Assembly: GCA_019119355.1 (NCBI GenBank)
Contig: DWXE01000010.1
Span: 77,238 to 141,237 of the forward strand
Direction of reading: 5' to 3'
Source: Candidatus Eisenbergiella merdigallinarum
GTDB taxonomy: Bacteria > Bacillota > Clostridia > Lachnospirales > Lachnospiraceae
DNA length: 64,000 nt
Below the pieces are notes generated by a model. It searched no databases and was not told where the DNA came from. It saw only the letters and a list, made by a program, of their open reading frames with translations. This document shows, in pieces, positions 60,385-64,000 of this stretch (position 1 is the first letter of the stretch; each line of letters begins with the position of its first letter). The translations under genes were made by a program, and so were the position numbers.

Positions 60385-61389
60385 ATGCCGAGAATGATTG
60401 AGACCAGTTTGACGGAAGAAGACATCAAAATAGAGGGAAGCCTGCGGCCCAAATACCTGAAGGACTATATCGGCCAGGAGAAGGTGAAGGCGGCGCTCCG
60501 GATTTATATCGAGGCGGCCAGACAGCGCAAAGACGCCCTGGATCACGTGCTCTTTTACGGGCCTCCCGGGCTGGGGAAGACGTCCCTGGCCGGCATCATC
60601 GCCAACGAGATGGGAGTGAACATGAAGATCACCAGCGGGCCCGCCATCGAGAAGCCGGGGGAAATGGCGGCCATCCTGAACAACCTGCAGGAGGGGGACC
60701 TTCTGTTCGTGGATGAAATCCACCGGCTCAACCGCCAGGTGGAGGAGGTGCTCTATCCGGCCATGGAAGATTTCGCCATCGACATCATGATCGGCAAGGG
60801 CGCTTCGGCCCGCTCCATCCGGCTGGAGCTGCCCCGGTTCACGCTGGTGGGGGCCACCACCAGGGCCGGGCTCTTGACCGCCCCCCTCCGGGACCGTTTC
60901 GGAATGATTCACCATCTGGAGTTCTACACGGTGGAGGAGCTGGCGCTGATCATCCAGCATTCCGCCCGGATCCTGGGCGTTTCCATCGAGGAGGAGGGCG
61001 CCATGGAGCTGGCCAGAAGGAGCCGGGGAACGCCCCGGCTGGCCAACCGGATCCTGAAGCGGGTCCGGGATTTCGCCCAGGTGAAATACGACGGGGTCAT
61101 CACCCTGCAGGTGGCCAGGACGGCCCTGGATCTGATGGATGTGGACCGGATGGGGCTGGACCGGGTGGACCGCAGCCTGCTTCTGGCCATGATCGAGAAG
61201 TTCGGAGGGGGCCCTGTGGGGCTGGATACGCTGGCCGCCTCCGTGGGGGAGGATTCCGGCACCATCGAGGACGTCTACGAACCCTACCTTCTGATGAACG
61301 GCCTCATCGACCGGACGCCCAGAGGGCGGATCGCCACGCCCCTGGCCTACCGCCACCTGGGGCTTTCGCAGGAGGCGCAGGAGGCCTGA
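60385..61389 (+). CDS. ruvB: Holliday junction helicase RuvB
   Basis: LRPK...[43 protein letters not shown]. Confidence 0.97.
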   Translation: MPRMIETSLTEEDIKIEGSLRPKYLKDYIGQEKVKAALRIYIEAARQRKDALDHVLFYGPPGLGKTSLAGIIANEMGVNMKITSGPAIEKPGEMAAILNNLQEGDLLFVDEIHRLNRQVEEVLYPAMEDFAIDIMIGKGASARSIRLELPRFTLVGATTRAGLLTAPLRDRFGMIHHLEFYTVEELALIIQHSARILGVSIEEEGAMELARRSRGTPRLANRILKRVRDFAQVKYDGVITLQVARTALDLMDVDRMGLDRVDRSLLLAMIEKFGGGPVGLDTLAASVGEDSGTIEDVYEPYLLMNGLIDRTPRGRIATPLAYRHLGLSQEAQEA

Positions 61390-61494
61390 TTTCCGGAAAC
61401 GCTTGCAATTTGTCCTGCCGAATATTATAATAGATGTTGTGTTATGATTTCGAAAAATACGGCAGATATTGTAGGATACGAGAGGTGCAGGGCC

Positions 61495-61911
61495 ATGGCA
61501 GTCAAAACGGACACGGAAGTGATCATCGGCGGGAGAGTGCTGACGCTGAGCGGCTATGAAAGCGAAGAATATTTACAGAAAGTGGCTTCTTATATCAACA
61601 ATAAGCTGACCGAGTACAACCGGGTGGACAGCTTCCGCAGGCAGCAGACGGAGATGCAGCATATCCTTCTGGAGCTGAATATCGCGGACGACTATTTCAA
61701 AGCCAGGAAGCAGATCGACAGCATGCAGGAGGACGCGCAGGCCAGGGAAAAGGAGCTGTACGATCTGAAGCATGAGCTGATCGCGGCGCAGATCAAGCTG
61801 GAGAATACGGAGAAGTCCCTGCGGAACGCGCAGAAGCAGCTGCAGGACAGCTCCAAACAGATCGTCCGTCTGGAGACGGAAATGCGCAACGCAAAACAAC
61901 GGAAACAATGA
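61495..61911 (+). CDS. zapA: Cell division protein ZapA
   Basis: VIIGGRVLTLSGYESEEYLQKVASYIN...LNIADDYFK followed by a coiled coil. Confidence 0.88.
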   Translation: MAVKTDTEVIIGGRVLTLSGYESEEYLQKVASYINNKLTEYNRVDSFRRQQTEMQHILLELNIADDYFKARKQIDSMQEDAQAREKELYDLKHELIAAQIKLENTEKSLRNAQKQLQDSSKQIVRLETEMRNAKQRKQ

Positions 61912-62042
61912 TGGGCCGTCGCACAGACTGTATCGTATTTTGGGATCCTTTTTGTGCGGCGGTTTTTTGTACCGCGGGAGACGAACTTTTTTCGCGATAC
62001 AAAAAGAGATGCTGATTTTACTCATTTTGCGGGAAAGACGGG

Positions 62043-64000
62043 ATGGAGACGAAGAATCGGAAAAGGAAGACGGAGCTGCTGGCGCCGGCCGGCACCATGG
62101 AGTGTTTCCGGGCCGCGCTGGCCGCGGGAGCGGACGCGGTTTATCTGGGCGGGCAGCAGTTCGGAGCCCGCGCCTTTGCGGGCAATTTCAGCCAGGAGGA
62201 GCTGCTGGAGGCCCTGAAACTGGCTCATTTTTTTGGAAGGAAAATTTATCTGACGGTCAACACGCTGACCAAAGACCGGGAGCTCGAGGGGCTGGTCCCC
62301 TGGCTTGCGCCCTTTTACGAAGCGGGGCTGGACGGGGTGATCGTTCAGGACCCGGGCGTGCTGCAGCGCTGCCGGGAGGCCTTCCCGGGAATGGAACTGC
62401 ACGCCAGCACCCAGATGACGGTGACGGATTCCAGAACGGCCCTTTTCCTGAAGTCCCTGGGCGTCAGCCGCGTGGTGCCGGCCAGGGAACTGAGCCTTTC
62501 TGAGCTGGAGGAGATGAAGCGGCGGACCGGGATGGAGCTGGAGACCTTTATCCACGGGGCCCTCTGCTACTCCTATTCCGGCCAGTGCCTGTTTTCCGGT
62601 TTTTTGGGCGGCAGAAGCGGAAACCGCGGAAGATGCGCCCAGCCGTGCAGGCTGCCCTATCGCATCCTGGGAGAGGACGGAAGGCCGGCGGGAGGGGAAG
62701 GGGGAAGCGGTTATCCCCTGAGCCTGAAGGATCTGTGCGCTCTGCCCCTGCTGCCAAAGCTTCTGGATGCCGGAATCGACTCTCTCAAAATCGAGGGGAG
62801 GATGAAGAGCCCGGAATATGTGGCGGGCGTGACGGCGGTCTATCGGAAATACATCGACCGGTACGGGGAAGATCCGGAGGCATACCGGGTGGATCCGCAG
62901 GACCTGGAGCTGCTGGCCCGGCTGTATCTGCGTTCGGAGCAGAGCGACGGGTATTACCGGCGGCACAACGGACGGGAAATGATTACGCCGGACCGGCCGG
63001 GATATGCGGGATGTCCGGAGAGCCTGACGGAAGAAATCCGGAAAAAATATGTGGATCGGCCGTTGACCAGACCGGTCGATCTCGAAATCAGCCTCCGGGC
63101 AGGGGAGCCGGCCCGCCTGGAAGCCCTTTGCGGCGGCGTCCGCGCGCAGGCGGAGGGGATGGTCGTTCAGAGCGCCAAAAGCAGGCCGCTGGATGAGGCG
63201 TCCGTGGCCAGGCAGCTGGCGAAGTCGGGCGGTTCCTGTTTTTCGGTCCGGGATCAGAAGATCGAAATGGAAGGGGATCTCTTCCTCCCCCTGTCCGCCA
63301 TCAACGAACTTCGCCGCAGCGCGCTGGACCGTCTGTTTGAGGAAATGACCCGGGTGCAGCCCAGGGTACGGCCCGAAGAAGCGGAGGGAGAAAAGCTGCC
63401 TTTGCCGCCCTGGAGGCGGGAACGGAGCGGGCGGGGCGGCGCTGCGGATGGGGAAATCCGCTTTTTCGCATCCGCCCAGCGGCCTCAGCAGGCGCTGGAG
63501 GCGGCGGCCAGGCCGGCGGTGAAGCGGCTGTATATCCCTTCCGACGCCGCCCTGTCCGAAGGCTGGGAAGAGGTGTTTTCGGCCGTCGCCGGAAGAAAGC
63601 GGGAAGACCCGGACTTTTCCCTTTTCCTGACGCTTCCGGTCATTCTGCGCTCCTACTCGGAAGGGTACCTGGAGGAGCTGGGCGCGTGGCTGGGGGAAGA
63701 ACCGGCCGGGGAGCTGGTGGACGGCATGATGGCCTGCGGGTTTTCCGGGCTTTTGTGGCTGCGGGAAATCGGCTGGGACAGGGGGATTTCCCTTGCGCAT
63801 ACCGCGTCCATTTTCAATCGGGCCGCCCATGATTTCTATATGGAGCAGTTCGGGGCGGACAGCTATACGGCGTCCCTGGAACTGAACCGGAGGGAACTGG
63901 AGGCGCTTCCCGCCCGGGACCGGGAAATGACGGTTTACGGACGGGCGCCCATGATGATCGCCGCGAACTGCGTCAAAAAGACCGCCGGGCTGTGCCGGGC
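62043..64000 (+). CDS. U32 family peptidase (long, RlhA/DUF3656-type), truncated by window end
   Basis: ELLAPAG, GADAVYLG, FGARA.A.NF, HASTQM, ARELS, HGALCYSYSGQC, RSGNRGRCAQPCR, SLKIEGRMK; open to the window end, so absent from the ORF track. Confidence 0.92.
   Translation, partial: METKNRKRKTELLAPAGTMECFRAALAAGADAVYLGGQQFGARAFAGNFSQEELLEALKLAHFFGRKIYLTVNTLTKDRELEGLVPWLAPFYEAGLDGVIVQDPGVLQRCREAFPGMELHASTQMTVTDSRTALFLKSLGVSRVVPARELSLSELEEMKRRTGMELETFIHGALCYSYSGQCLFSGFLGGRSGNRGRCAQPCRLPYRILGEDGRPAGGEGGSGYPLSLKDLCALPLLPKLLDAGIDSLKIEGRMKSPEYVAGVTAVYRKYIDRYGEDPEAYRVDPQDLELLARLYLRSEQSDGYYRRHNGREMITPDRPGYAGCPESLTEEIRKKYVDRPLTRPVDLEISLRAGEPARLEALCGGVRAQAEGMVVQSAKSRPLDEASVARQLAKSGGSCFSVRDQKIEMEGDLFLPLSAINELRRSALDRLFEEMTRVQPRVRPEEAEGEKLPLPPWRRERSGRGGAADGEIRFFASAQRPQQALEAAARPAVKRLYIPSDAALSEGWEEVFSAVAGRKREDPDFSLFLTLPVILRSYSEGYLEELGAWLGEEPAGELVDGMMACGFSGLLWLREIGWDRGISLAHTASIFNRAAHDFYMEQFGADSYTASLELNRRELEALPARDREMTVYGRAPMMIAANCVKKTAGLCR

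Noticed and set aside
62022-63830. 602-aa minus-strand ORF
   Set aside because: Shadow of the plus-strand U32 gene, which the track missed because it has no stop inside the window

Overview
GC-rich chromosomal window from a Clostridia bacterium (gene content and order suggest Lachnospiraceae). It is mostly housekeeping: the end of an rnf operon, apbE, thrC, citrate synthase, deoC, a 6S RNA, T-box-pheST, queA, a c-di-AMP receptor, two-gene suf, a metH-like gene, ilvB-ilvN-ilvN-ilvC, lgt, LysR/leuCD, ruvAB, zapA and a U32 protein running off the end. An accessory segment (about 40.4-54.3 kb) carries an OmpR-family two-component system, an AT-richer TetR/HXXEE plus MNT-HEPN islet, a DUF134-NifX fusion, a J-domain protein and a MacAB-type ABC operon with three tandem membrane-fusion proteins. 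I saw no rRNA, tRNA, transposase, integrase or true CRISPR array. The best leads are not in the ORF track. (1) An unannotated 23-aa Met-rich leader peptide with a complete promoter/antiterminator/terminator attenuator sits before a SAM methyltransferase (35.5-35.8 kb). (2) The triple-adaptor exporter shares a TTCAA-N6-TTTAAG box with the promoter of the nearby response regulator. (3) A paired LysR-type operator is shared by leuCD and ilvN2-ilvC. (4) The acetohydroxyacid synthase has substituted acceptor-site residues. All family assignments come from recognising motifs by eye; no searches were run.
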